NCBI GenBank assembly: GCA_001643675.2
Contig: LSRY02000057.1
Span: 310,001 to 374,000 of the forward strand
DNA length: 64,000 bases
DNA from: Monocercomonoides exilis PA203
Taxonomy: Eukaryota; Protista; Preaxostyla
Direction: 5' to 3'
In this document: one piece after another, positions 14,041 to 24,978 of the stretch
Layout of the letters: every line of letters starts with the position of its first letter
Position numbering within the stretch: position 1 is the stretch's first letter
Made by a program: the position numbers and the translations under genes
Notes under the pieces: generated by a model
Seen by the model: the letters and a program-made list of their open reading frames with translations, nothing else
What the model was told of the DNA's origin: nothing
The model's database searches: none

Positions 14041-16849
14041 TATTATGAATAATCTATTTATCAAAAAAAAGACACTGGAATATTACTGACGGACGTGAAA
14101 TTTTTTTTCAACACGTCACACAGGTTCACTCCATTCATCAAAGAACGGAAGTTTTCGTTCAGATTTGCTGAGTCGGAAACACATTTATTTTTTTCTGCTT
14201 TGATTGAAAAAATGCGTTAATGTCTATTTTTCAAAAAACGATATTATTGAAAAGATTTCATTAAATCTCTCAATTACGTGAATCCAATTTCTATTCTATA
14301 TTTCACGACGCTCATCCAAAATAAATATTGGAAATGATCAAAAAAATTTTTTTTAAAAAATAAATGAATAATATTCATTTTGATAAAAATTTTTGCAAAA
14401 CAAGCCCATTTGTAATAACCCACTCTTCTCACGGTTGATTCAAATCAGAGATTGAGGAGCTTATTCCGCCCATCTCCCCCACCTCCCACCCATTTCAGAG
14501 ACTAAATATGGCAATTTAATCTGCAAATTTAATTATTGACTTTTCCTTAAATATTGAAGATGTATTGTAATATCCAAAAAGTGGGTTGAAATAATTTTGA
14601 TAATAAATTTTCTTCGCACAAAAAAATGTCCGGATAAAAAAAAACCACCCTGTGATCAACGACAGTGAAAAGTTGAAACTTTTTTCAAAGATAGTTTTTC
14701 AATAATAAAAATCTCGAACATAGTTTTTTCAAACAATCATCATAATCTTATCTTTAAAATGAATAATGCCTCTCCAAAGAATAATAACCTATAAAGAAAA
14801 AACACTCCGAAAATAAGAAATAATTTTTAAAACTATCATTTATCTTGAAAAGTTGGAAGTCTTTTCAATTCTGTTTGTTTGAAAAATACAATTTAAACTG
14901 ATGAAAAAATCTTGAAATTTTAAGTAATAAATCAAAATAACTTCATAGTTTTCCATACGAACGTATGACAATTATTAGTTCCAGAACATTTAAAACTGGA
15001 ACAATTTGAATATGTCATTCGAAACACAATTGTTTTTTGATTATAAATTGAAAATAATAATGAGCTTTATATACTGGTTTTTCCCCCCTTATCAAACAAG
15101 ATAAAAAACATTTATCAGATTATTTTTGTTGAATCGTCTCGATCAACATGTTCCCATAATTATGTAAATTTTGATCAAATCCTTTTATTTGAACAGGAAT
15201 ATCCAAGTAAAAATGAGAGATCGGAGCATTTTCATTACCTTTCCACTTAGAAATATTATTTTCTATGATGAAATGGAAGGTTGAACAGGAGTTGGCAACG
15301 ATGGAAATTAATCAGATGATATTTTTAAAAACATCTTTAATTTTAAAGAATTTAAAAGAATCCGGAATGTAAAGATAAAGGTGTTTGCAATTTTATATTT
15401 CTTTTATTCAATTTTGAAGATATTTCTGCCTATAGCCTTCTCAAAGGCAAAAGATCGGCTTATTCTTAAAATGTTCATTCTTTAACTTAACAGAGCGTAA
15501 CAATGTGAATTTTTGCTAAAAATTTCCATTTATTTTGGAAAGGGCTATACGAAAGGTTTGTGTTTGATAATTTGCATAGTTTTGTTTTTATTTAAAAAAA
15601 ACATGAATTAGCTGAAAAATAGACTTGGTAAGGCATAAGTACATGAATCAGATCAGCGTTGAAGAAAAAAAGGAAGAACGGTTGATCAATTTAAAAAGGA
15701 GTTATTTAAAACGAGTACAGCACGCTAAAAAGTTAGTTGGAGTTTATGAAACAGATATACTGAATGAAAAAGAAGATAATCTATATTTGTTGGATTGAAA
15801 GAACGAAAATGACTGAAAAATATGAGCAAATGACCGAAGCAGGAGAATGGTCGCAGAAACAATGGGTCAGAAGCATTTCTTGGGATGAAACGAGAAAGGA
15901 ATCATTTTTGTGTATTGGGATGAGCAGTCAAACTGCTTTTCATTAATTGGTATGAGATCTGGAAATTAGAGAAAGCACACTATTTCAGCATCAGGCAAGT
16001 ATCTGAGCAGGGGATGTTAACAACATTGATTTCGACTGCTTAACTTTATTCTTTGACCTCTATCAGCGAAGTGTTAGCCACTGTGTTAATGAACAAGATT
16101 TTTTTTGAAAAACATATTTCACAACAGGAAATATCTGACATTTGAGAACCCTTTAACATTCCTATTATCTTCTTTTTCTCCTTCAATTTCTTCTTTTTGA
16201 AAAGCGCCTCTGATGATATTCTTGCTTGCTGATGGGAGCACAGGCTGCAAAGATGCTTATTATAACATGAAAAGGTTCAGTTCAAACTCAATAAAATTAA
16301 AGCCTCAAAACACAAAGCGAGTTTGCCATTTTTTATATTATTATTTTTATAAATTCTATTTATTTTATTTTATTTTATTTTATTTTATTTTATTTTATTT
16401 TTTTTTTTTAATTTTATTTTGAAAAATTTATTCTTTCTCCTTTTAATAAACTCTTTTCACATTTTTCAACATATAGGCAAAACATTTTTTAGTCTTTTTC
16501 CTTCTATAGAATTGGCTGGTTTGCGCATTTTCCATCAGCTATTAGTGCTTTATGCTAAAGTCCGCACAATTATGCAACCCTTCTGCTGATGACTTGCCTT
16601 CAGAAAAGAAAGCTGATTCCTTCCACCTTCATCGCCTTCAACGTCTTCTTTTATACTCATTTCGGAATTTGAAGTGGGGTAGCACAATTTTTTGTGCTTC
16701 AGATGATTCTTCCTTCTTCATCTTTAATTGTTCATCAGCCTTTGAAAAGATTAACTGGCTTATGAATTTTCTTGATATTTATCATCAGCATTATCATTCT
16801 TCAATTTCTCTGCTCATTTTGCACAATCATTGCATTTTTTCATTCAAAA

Positions 16850-17110
16850 CGGTTTGATATGGACAAGCAGCACATCAACACCTTCATGATGACTTCATTC
16901 ATTTCTTCTGAATATTAACACGGATTACAGACACATTAATCATCCAAATCGAACTTTGTGTGAAATTTTCACAGGCAAACAAACAACGATCACATCACAT
17001 GCGAACAGCAACAGAATTCTATTGAAGGAAATTCTACGTTCTGCATCAAAACCCAAAAAGGTGACTAAAGAATCGTTGGCTGCTGAGAGAGAAGGAGCAC
17101 TTTTGGATGA
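16850..17110 (-). pseudogene. Possible second, highly decayed DDE_1-type transposase fragment
   Basis: Minus strand reads 'FLGFDAERR...FACDVIVVCLPVKISHKV', reminiscent of the LxxDxHxS...(V/I)xxxxLPxxxSH region. The PLD motif is missing. Confidence 0.3.
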
Positions 17111-17279
17111 GAACAAGACAAGTTTTATTATGAGAAGGGGAATTATTGCATATTTGATTGGGAAATCTATAGAATATCATATTGATTGAATGGAGGAGCA
17201 TGTTTAGAATGGATCAAAGGGGCACATTCACATACTCACTTATTTGCTTTCTTATTTTCATTCATTCATTCATTCATAT

Positions 17280-17488
17280 GTTCATTCATATAGAGAGGAG
17301 AAGAGAGGAGGAAAAGAGAGGAAAAGAGAGGAAAAGAGAGGGAAATAGGAGGGAAAGAGAGGAGGGAGAGAAAAGAGAGAAGAAAGTGAGGAGAAATTCT
17401 GCTAATTGAGGAATTCTGCTTCCTGAAGCGTTTTTTTTTCTCATTGGATTGAGATCAATCAACATCATTATCAACATTTTCATATTTC

Positions 17489-17525
<37 letters not shown>

Positions 17526-20250
17526 TTTCTTCTTATTTTTTATTCATTTTCTATACACTCTTTTCTCTTCTTTATTTTCTTCTTTATTTTCTTCTTTATT
17601 TTCTTCTTTATTTTCTTCTTTATTTTCGTTTTCTTTATTATTTTTCTTCTTTTCTTCTTCTTCTTTCTTTTCTTCATCTATTTCATTTTTATTTTTCTCT
17701 TCTTCTAATTTTGATTTATTTTATTTATTTTATTTATTTTTTTCCCTTTCCTTTCCTTTTTAATCCTTTTCCTTCGGATTCTTTTCCTTTATTTCTTCTT
17801 CCTCATCTTCCACTTATTCCCTCTCTATTTCAGCTGAAAACGTTATATTTTCATCTTCTTTCTATCCGGTTGCTTCTTTTTCTTCTTCTTCCTTTTCTAT
17901 TTTTTATTGTTCTTGTACCTCTTGTACCTCTTGTACCTCATATTCATCTTATTCATCTTATTCATCTTATATTTCTTTTTCTTTTTCTTTTTTCTTTCTT
18001 TATTATTATTATTATTATCATCTTCTTCTTTTTCGTATCTTCCTCTCTTTCCTTCATCAGCATCTTTGTTAACCATCGCATCAACAACCACCACGCCACA
18101 CGCACACACAAATGAAGAAGGCTACGAGACAGCACCAGAAGAAGCAGACGAATGGGAAGAAGACGAAAATGAAGTCGACAAAGACAAAGACGAAGAGGAA
18201 GCGTTACCCGCTTTATCCACCTAATCTGCTAATTCCGCTAATTCTGCTATATCCTCTTTATCCTCTTTATCCACCTTATCCACCTATTCTTCATATTCTG
18301 CTACATCTGCCTTTTTTTTCACCGAATCCTCTTTATCCGCCATTGCACAAGCAAGAGTTGCTGGAACCAGAGGGAATATGACCTTTCTTCTCATCTGACA
18401 GCTGACAGCTGAGAAGACGGCAACGAATTGTCCGTCGTGCGTCGAATGGAAAGAGTGGTGAAAGTGGAAGAAGAAAAAAGAGCAAATGATCCTTCGGTTT
18501 CTGATGTTCTTGCTTTTTCTCCTTCTCTTCTTTGTATTTTTTTTTCATCCTTCCTCTTCCTCTGCCGCCTTTTCTGCCTGTTCCATTCCTCCTCTTTCCT
18601 CCTCTCCTTGAAGCTGCCTTTAAGCAATCTCTCTCTTTGATTCTTCTCCCCCCAACCGAATGCTTTCCATCTTGTCAACTGCAGTGCTTCCTCTTAAACA
18701 CATCGCCCGCCCTGCCTTGTTTGCCGTCTTCCTCTTCTGTCTTTTGTTTTCCCTCTTTTGTCCCTTCTTCCTTCTGTATTGCCTATTCCGTTTGTAACAC
18801 CACATATTCATGTTCCTCCTCCTCTTCTTCTCCTCTTCGTCCTCCCAGCCAGCCAGCCAATAGAGAAAAGCCTCCACCACCCCTTCCCCCTCTTACCCGC
18901 AGCTGCTTCCGCTTCTGTTTTTGCTAGTGTTTCTTCTGCTGATGCTGCTTATGCAATTAGTGCTGCTCTGGTATTTCTGCTGTTTCTGCTGTTTCTTGTT
19001 CTGCTGCATTCATCACCGTTGCCATTGTTAAGAACCACACAACTCCTCCCACACTCGATTCCTAAAGCACTCGTTCTGTTGATATCTGCCTCTTCCTCTG
19101 CTGCCCTTCTATCTCTCTCTCTCTCAACATGTTGCCTGCTCATCTGCCCTGCTGAATCCGAATGCAATGCTTGCTCCGTCTGCTGCCAGTTGTCCGTTTG
19201 TACGTTCGAGGGTGAATGAAAAGGAAGGATTTGTTCGTTCGTTTAGCTTCTTTCCTTCTGTTCCTTCTTATTCTTCTTTTTCGTTTTTGAAGTCTGCTGA
19301 GCCAGAGAATGCATTTATTTCCATTTGTACTGCTTCTTCTGCTTCTATTTTCTTCCTGTTCCTCTTCATCCTTTCCTTCATCATTATCTTCTCTTTCCTC
19401 TTCCTCATCGTCGTCGTCATCATCATCACCCAATCCTTATCTCTCGCCTTAACTCTCTTCTATGAAAGCCAAAGGTCTCTTCACCTTCCTCAGCTCAACA
19501 TTTGTTCAAATTCAAACACTCACCTTCAGCGCGATTGACACAAAAATCACTGGAAGTGGCACAGCTGCCACTACCATCGCCTCCTGTGGTGTTCCTCAAT
19601 CGGTTTTTTCTTCGTCTTCCTCTACGGAGTCAGATCCATCTGCCTCGTCTGCCCTCTTCCAACAGACCCAGGGCTCCCTCACAGTCTCTGCCCTCGCCAT
19701 CGCCCACAGCTCCACAAATCAAATCACCCCCATCCTCTTCCACCTCTCCGAAAACTACCCTTCCCTCAAGCTCGGCACAACCTGCATCATCTGAGCCCCT
19801 TCTTCCTCATTATCGTCAATCACCATATACTTCTAATTCATCCTCCTCACTGCAGGCTCAGCTATCGGCTGTTTTTTGGATGCTTCTGTTTCTGCTCCTA
19901 ACCTTATCATTATAATTTTTATACTGCTTCTGCTACTGCCGTTGAATGTAATGATGCTTCTTGTTCTGTAACTTCTTCTGCTTCTCCTCCTCCTCCTCCT
20001 TATTCTTCCGTTCATGTTTCATCTTCTCCTTCTTTATCTTTCTCTTCTTCTTTCACAAGCCACAATATAAATTCCACCCTTCGGGTTTAACAGCCAGCCA
20101 CCTCTTCCTCCTTCAATGCTTCTTCTTTATCTTCATCTTCTTTTGCTATCTTCAAATCTTCCTCTGATTCTAAGGAATTCTTCTTATCTTCTTATCTTCT
20201 TCATTCTTCTGTATCAATATCTGTATATTTGCTTGTACGAATGCTTATAC
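17280..20250. repeat. Low-complexity and microsatellite-rich region
   Basis: (CAT)~12 at 17490-17525; 12-mer TCTTCTTTATTT ~5 copies at ~17566-17625; 9-mers CTTGTACCT x3 (~17912-17938) and TATTCATCT x3 (~17941-17967); extensive CTT/TCC tracts. No intact long ORF. Confidence 0.85.
19480..19794 (+). pseudogene. Short gene fragment paralogous to the pseudogene at ~12.3-12.6 kb
   Basis: Encodes 'DPSASSALFQQTQGSLTVSALAIAHSSTNQITPILFHLSENYPSLKL', versus 'DPSASSALFQQTQGSLTVPALSIVHNSTNQITPILFHLSENYPSLKL' on the minus strand at ~12310-12450. Confidence 0.8.
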
Positions 20251-21342
20251 TTGTGCTTATGCTAATGTTTGTTTGATTCCGCTTGATTCTCTATTTGAAT
20301 GACAGTGCATGCAAACGAGGCTGTTGTGGAATGCATATGCTGATTGGAAGCTTTAAAGGATGAGAGACAAGAAAATTCATATCCAACTAATCAAGAAGAC
20401 GAAGAAGTCAATGAAGGCGAAGAAGAAGATTTTGATGATTATGACGATGATAACCATGATATTTGCGATATCTGTTTCAGCTATGCCATTGTATGTAAGA
20501 TTTGCATTGGGTGCATTGAAGGTGTGTATGCTTGAGCAGAATCGAAGGAAATGAAGCATTCAAAGGTATTCTCGATCGCTGTAACCTGGCGTTTATCTTG
20601 TTTTCCCACAGACATCAACTTCTATTCCACTGTTTGCAATGTTTTGGCTTTGATTGAAGAAGAGGTAGCTTTCTGTGCTGTTATCATAGCTTGTTGCAAG
20701 CATGAAGTTCCATACAATGGATGAAATGGATTGTTTTGTTCCCAATTTGATGAATGGGGAATTGGATGTAGCTGCTTGTGCTGAAGAATACGTTGTCCAT
20801 ATGCAATTTGTTGCGGCGTTGCAATAGAAGAAGCAAAAAAAGGCAAATAATTCAATTTCTTATGAAATGTTATATTTATATGGATTTTTGCTTTTTTATT
20901 TGTATTGTTTTATTTCTTTTAACTTGTTATGATGCTAACGTTAGAGTTATGCGTATAACTCTTTCGGATTATCGATGTGAAAGGTAGTATTTGGTTTCCA
21001 AATTAAACTGAAAAAAAAAAGTATATATCACAGTTAAAAAAAAAGTTATAAATTACAAAAAAATACAAGCAAACCTATCTCAAATAATGAAAATTATCGT
21101 TAAGCAAAAGATTAACAACAAGAATAAACATTATTCAAGCGATTTTTATGTAGATACGTTATCTATGAATGTCATTTCGTCAAAACAATTGTAAAAACTC
21201 AATATTTCGATTTTTTGTTCAACTTAATGTTATAAACACAATCAATCATACATATCTAATTGTTTGTAATTGTAAAAGATGTTTTAACATCTAAAAAAAT
21301 AAAGAATGAAATGAAATGAAGCGACAAAAACTGAAATGTTGA

Positions 21343-22263
21343 TTAAAATGAATGAATTGATTTTTGTGAAAGTGGATATCTCTTCAAAACTTTATTAATA
21401 ACAGCCACAACACCTAACATTGCTGCGATACGAACCAATGTCTTTTGGAATTTCTTCTTTTCAATATCAGGGAAGAAATAGCCACGCTGGTCGCCCATTA
21501 TTTTGATGAACCAATACTTAGCGACAATTTCAGGATTTTGCCAATTTTTCCGAATGCAGCTGCGCTTAAACTTGCAATCAATCAAAAATTTAAACCAAGC
21601 ATCTTCCGAATCCTTTATTAGAATTTTTGAATTATTTGGCATTTTTCTTTGGTAAACTTTTTGTAATGCCCTCTGAGCAGTCAAATAAGTATTTTTTGTA
21701 ACTGGAGTGTACATTAAAGGCGTGAAATCAATGCCTTCTCGATACAATTTTCTGACATATCTCAAACGATTATATTCAATTGCATATTTGTATTCATTGA
21801 TCCATAAATCAATAACAGAACTATTCTTAGGTGCAATAATAAACCCATTTTCAAGTTGGCGATCTGGCTTGTGATAGCTATTAAAAACCATCATGTCTGA
21901 TTGTGTATCAACTGTTTCCTGATATAATTTTTCAAATTCTTCGGCTGAATTGATGAGTGAAGTTGCATCAAGCCAAATTCCACCATATTTTCTAAGTAAA
22001 GCGAGTCGAAAATAGTCAGATTTATGCTGGGAAGACAATGTTTTGAATCCTTTGGGGAGATCTGAGAAATCTATGTATCCTTTCATTATATCGTCGTTCA
22101 AAAATGTGATTGTGAAGTTTGAAAGTAATTGAATGTTGTGACCAACAAATTGTTTCACATATTCTGGGGGATTTCTATCCCAATGCACCCAAATTAAACG
22201 AGGATATTCCTTTTGCACTTCACAATGAACAAAATTAATAACAATGGAAAGGAATATAAGCAT
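21343..22263 (-). CDS. DXD glycosyltransferase, GT32 / capsular polysaccharide synthesis (Caps_synth)-like
   Basis: Motifs 'LIWVHW', 'HKSDYFRLALLRKYGGIWLDAT', 'LENGFIIAPKNS'. First ATG at 22263 gives a signal-like 'MLIFLSIVINFVHC'. C-terminal hydrophobic segment 'IAAMLGVVAVI'. Intronless. Confidence 0.85.
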   Translation of the reverse strand: MLIFLSIVINFVHCEVQKEYPRLIWVHWDRNPPEYVKQFVGHNIQLLSNFTITFLNDDIMKGYIDFSDLPKGFKTLSSQHKSDYFRLALLRKYGGIWLDATSLINSAEEFEKLYQETVDTQSDMMVFNSYHKPDRQLENGFIIAPKNSSVIDLWINEYKYAIEYNRLRYVRKLYREGIDFTPLMYTPVTKNTYLTAQRALQKVYQRKMPNNSKILIKDSEDAWFKFLIDCKFKRSCIRKNWQNPEIVAKYWFIKIMGDQRGYFFPDIEKKKFQKTLVRIAAMLGVVAVINKVLKRYPLSQKSIHSF

Positions 22264-22480
22264 AAAACTCTCCAATATTTACAGTTATTGCAAACAGTTA
22301 TGGGATTATTAATTTTCAAATAATAATATGGAGCAATTGATCAATTTTCAATTGTTGCATTTTCTCGAAGTATATTTGATTTTTTTGAAGTTTTAAAATT
22401 TATATTGAGGTTTTTATCGAGATATATTTCATAGAAAAGGATTTTGTTGAATTTTAACTTGCAGTTAGTGCTTATCAAAA

Positions 22481-23365
22481 ATGGATGAAATATCCATCTT
22501 CTCACACGTATCTCAAAAACAAAAATATAGGCAACAAACGTCTTTTTATTGGGATTATGGAGCATTTACAAATGTTTATATCGCTGGCTCGTTCAATGGA
22601 TGGAAAGCGAAGATATCGCTTCAGCCTTATCCAGATTCTGTTGTGGATTGTAGAGGTCCAACTGCAGAAGATATAAAGCTTGGAAGATATTCCCAAGCTC
22701 AATTACAGAATTTATCAGAGTTATCATCTTCTCATATTGGGTCTCTCGAAATCAAAAAGAAGAATTATAAACCTCAGAGCTCAATGGAGGAAGAAGGGAA
22801 AATTACTCATTGGATAAAGCATTGGGGAGTTACTCTTGAGCTTCCTGTTGGATGCTTTTGCTTTAAATTTGTTGTTGATGGAGAATGGAAATTTGATCCC
22901 CGTTATCATCATGGATTTGATGCACGCGGATCTATTGTTAATGAAATAATAGTGGTTGCTCCCGTAGAAATGCTGCTTTCGTTGGATAAAGAAAGAAAGC
23001 ATTACATTGAGGATCAATTTCTGGAAGGAAGAGAAAGCAGATCATCAAACGAAATAGATGGATCTGAAGATTACAAAGATGATAAATTGACCGAAATTTC
23101 CTCAGTCAAAACAAAGTCAGCAGCAAATCAAGACGAAGAAGATAAGAACCAAGCCAAAGAAAAAGATTACGATACTGATAGCCTTGTCAGGTCGCATCGG
23201 TGGGGAAAAGGTAGATTTCGAGAGGGATTATTTGAGTGTATTTTTGGAGGTGTTTGGGGTGACGATATAAGAAAGGGCTTAGAAGGCAACAAACTTGAAA
23301 AAGAAAAAGAGAAAATGCAGCGCGGGCTAAAAGGATCATTCAAAGAGAAAGAGAAAGAAAGAGAA

Positions 23366-23396
<31 letters not shown>

Positions 23397-24220
23397 AGGG
23401 CTATTCGCAAGAGGCATTTGACATCGGTGTCTATCTGAACTACGGGGAGGCGACGCTACTTCCCCCGCAGCTGCGAAGAGGCAATCTTGTCATCCAATAC
23501 AGACGCCAGCGCGGAGTCGAGCCGTTTCTTCTGCCGCTTCCGATGCATGTGGAAGTGGGGCATCTGTTTCTGTGCCAAAGAGTGGAGTCGACAAAGGAAA
23601 AAGCCATCAGAAAATGGAAGGAAAAAGCAGAGGCAGCACACAAAAGAGAAGAAGAGATGAAAAAGCTGGAAAGAGAAAGAGAAAAGCAAAGAGAGAAAGA
23701 AAGCGCCATTTCTCAGTCGCTTTCCACTTCGGTTTATGGATCTTACCAGGCATATCCTTCTATTTCCTTTTCTTCCTCTTCTTCTTCCTCTTCTTCAATG
23801 AATATGTATCCATCTTCAGATCAAGTCAATTCTTACTATCACATCCCTTCCCCCGATGCTTCAATGTCCTTCTCTTCTTCATCGTTATCTTCATCTTCTT
23901 CCTCATCTTCTTCATCTTCCTCTTCCACGTCACTCTCCACACTTCATTCACCTCACTCCAGCGCTCCTTTCAGCTCTGCGACATCAACCGCCTCATTTGT
24001 CTCCTCTCCCTTCTATCTCTCTCATCTTTTCCTCCCTCCGCCTTTCCTTCTTTCTGTCTCCATCCGCTTCAAACAGAAGTCGGCCACTGTTGTCTTTTAT
24101 GCCTCGCGCAGCAGGCCAATCGAGACGATGAATGCCGGCGCTGAGAAGAGCGACGAGCTGATCACAAAGATTTACAAGGCGAAAAAGGCAACAATTCAGT
24201 CGTTTTTCCATAAAAGATGA
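22481..24220 (+). CDS. AMP-activated protein kinase (SNF1) beta subunit-like protein
   Basis: CBM48/glycogen-binding motifs 'FYW..VYIAGSFNGW' and 'LELPVG...FKFVVDGEW'. ASC-domain motifs 'LLPPQL', 'EPFLLPLPMHVEVGHLF', 'SIRFKQKSATVVFY'. Confidence 0.88.
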
Positions 24221-24978
24221 AAAGAAACGGAATTTTGTTGTAAAGATACATTTCTTATTTGTTATGAAATTGAGAGTGAAAGCAATTAATTTAAATTAAC
24301 TTTTCATTTATAATGTTTTTGAGAGGATATTTTTATTGTTTAATTATTTTTTCCCTTCTTCTTGAGGCATTTCACTTTGGAGAGCGTATTTTTTTACGTA
24401 TTTATTTGGGATCAGCTAGTTTTATTTATTACATGGCGCAAATATGCAAACAAGATCCGAATATGCTTTAATCGTCAATCAATCCAGTTTTCAAATTGTT
24501 TGATTTCTGCTAAAAGAGAAAATAGGATCAACAGAATTAAAACGGAGCTGCAGGACAAGATAATCAAATAGTGAAAAAATCTGAAAATTTCAATTTGTTA
24601 TTCGTATTGAAAATAAGAGATGTGGAATTTTCATTTGTTCACTTTATCAGAGAGAAGCAGATTAAGAAGTGATGTCTATCCATTAAATATAATTCAGAGC
24701 GCCTCAATTGGAATTTCAATCAAAGTATCTCAATATTTAATCACATGTTTTTGAATACTAAAAAATACATAAACACTTTTTAATTTTAAAAGCATTGTAA
24801 CACTAACTTAATAAAATAGAGCACCAAAAGATGAACATAAGTTCTAATTTAAAATTTTTTATGAAAAAATATTTATTTTGATAATTATTAAACTTCATTT
24901 ATTTTCATATAGGAAAAGCTATAATGTACATTAAAAAAAAAAAAATAAGGTGAAATGCGATACTACGATTAAAAATGC

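Noticed and set aside
17560-17970. Short periodic repeats as a CRISPR-like array
   Set aside because: Units are contiguous 9-12-mers with no unique spacers, in a eukaryotic context without cas genes.
17449-18115. Hydrophobic Phe/Ile/Leu-rich short ORFs resembling membrane proteins
   Set aside because: They are translations of T-rich microsatellites.
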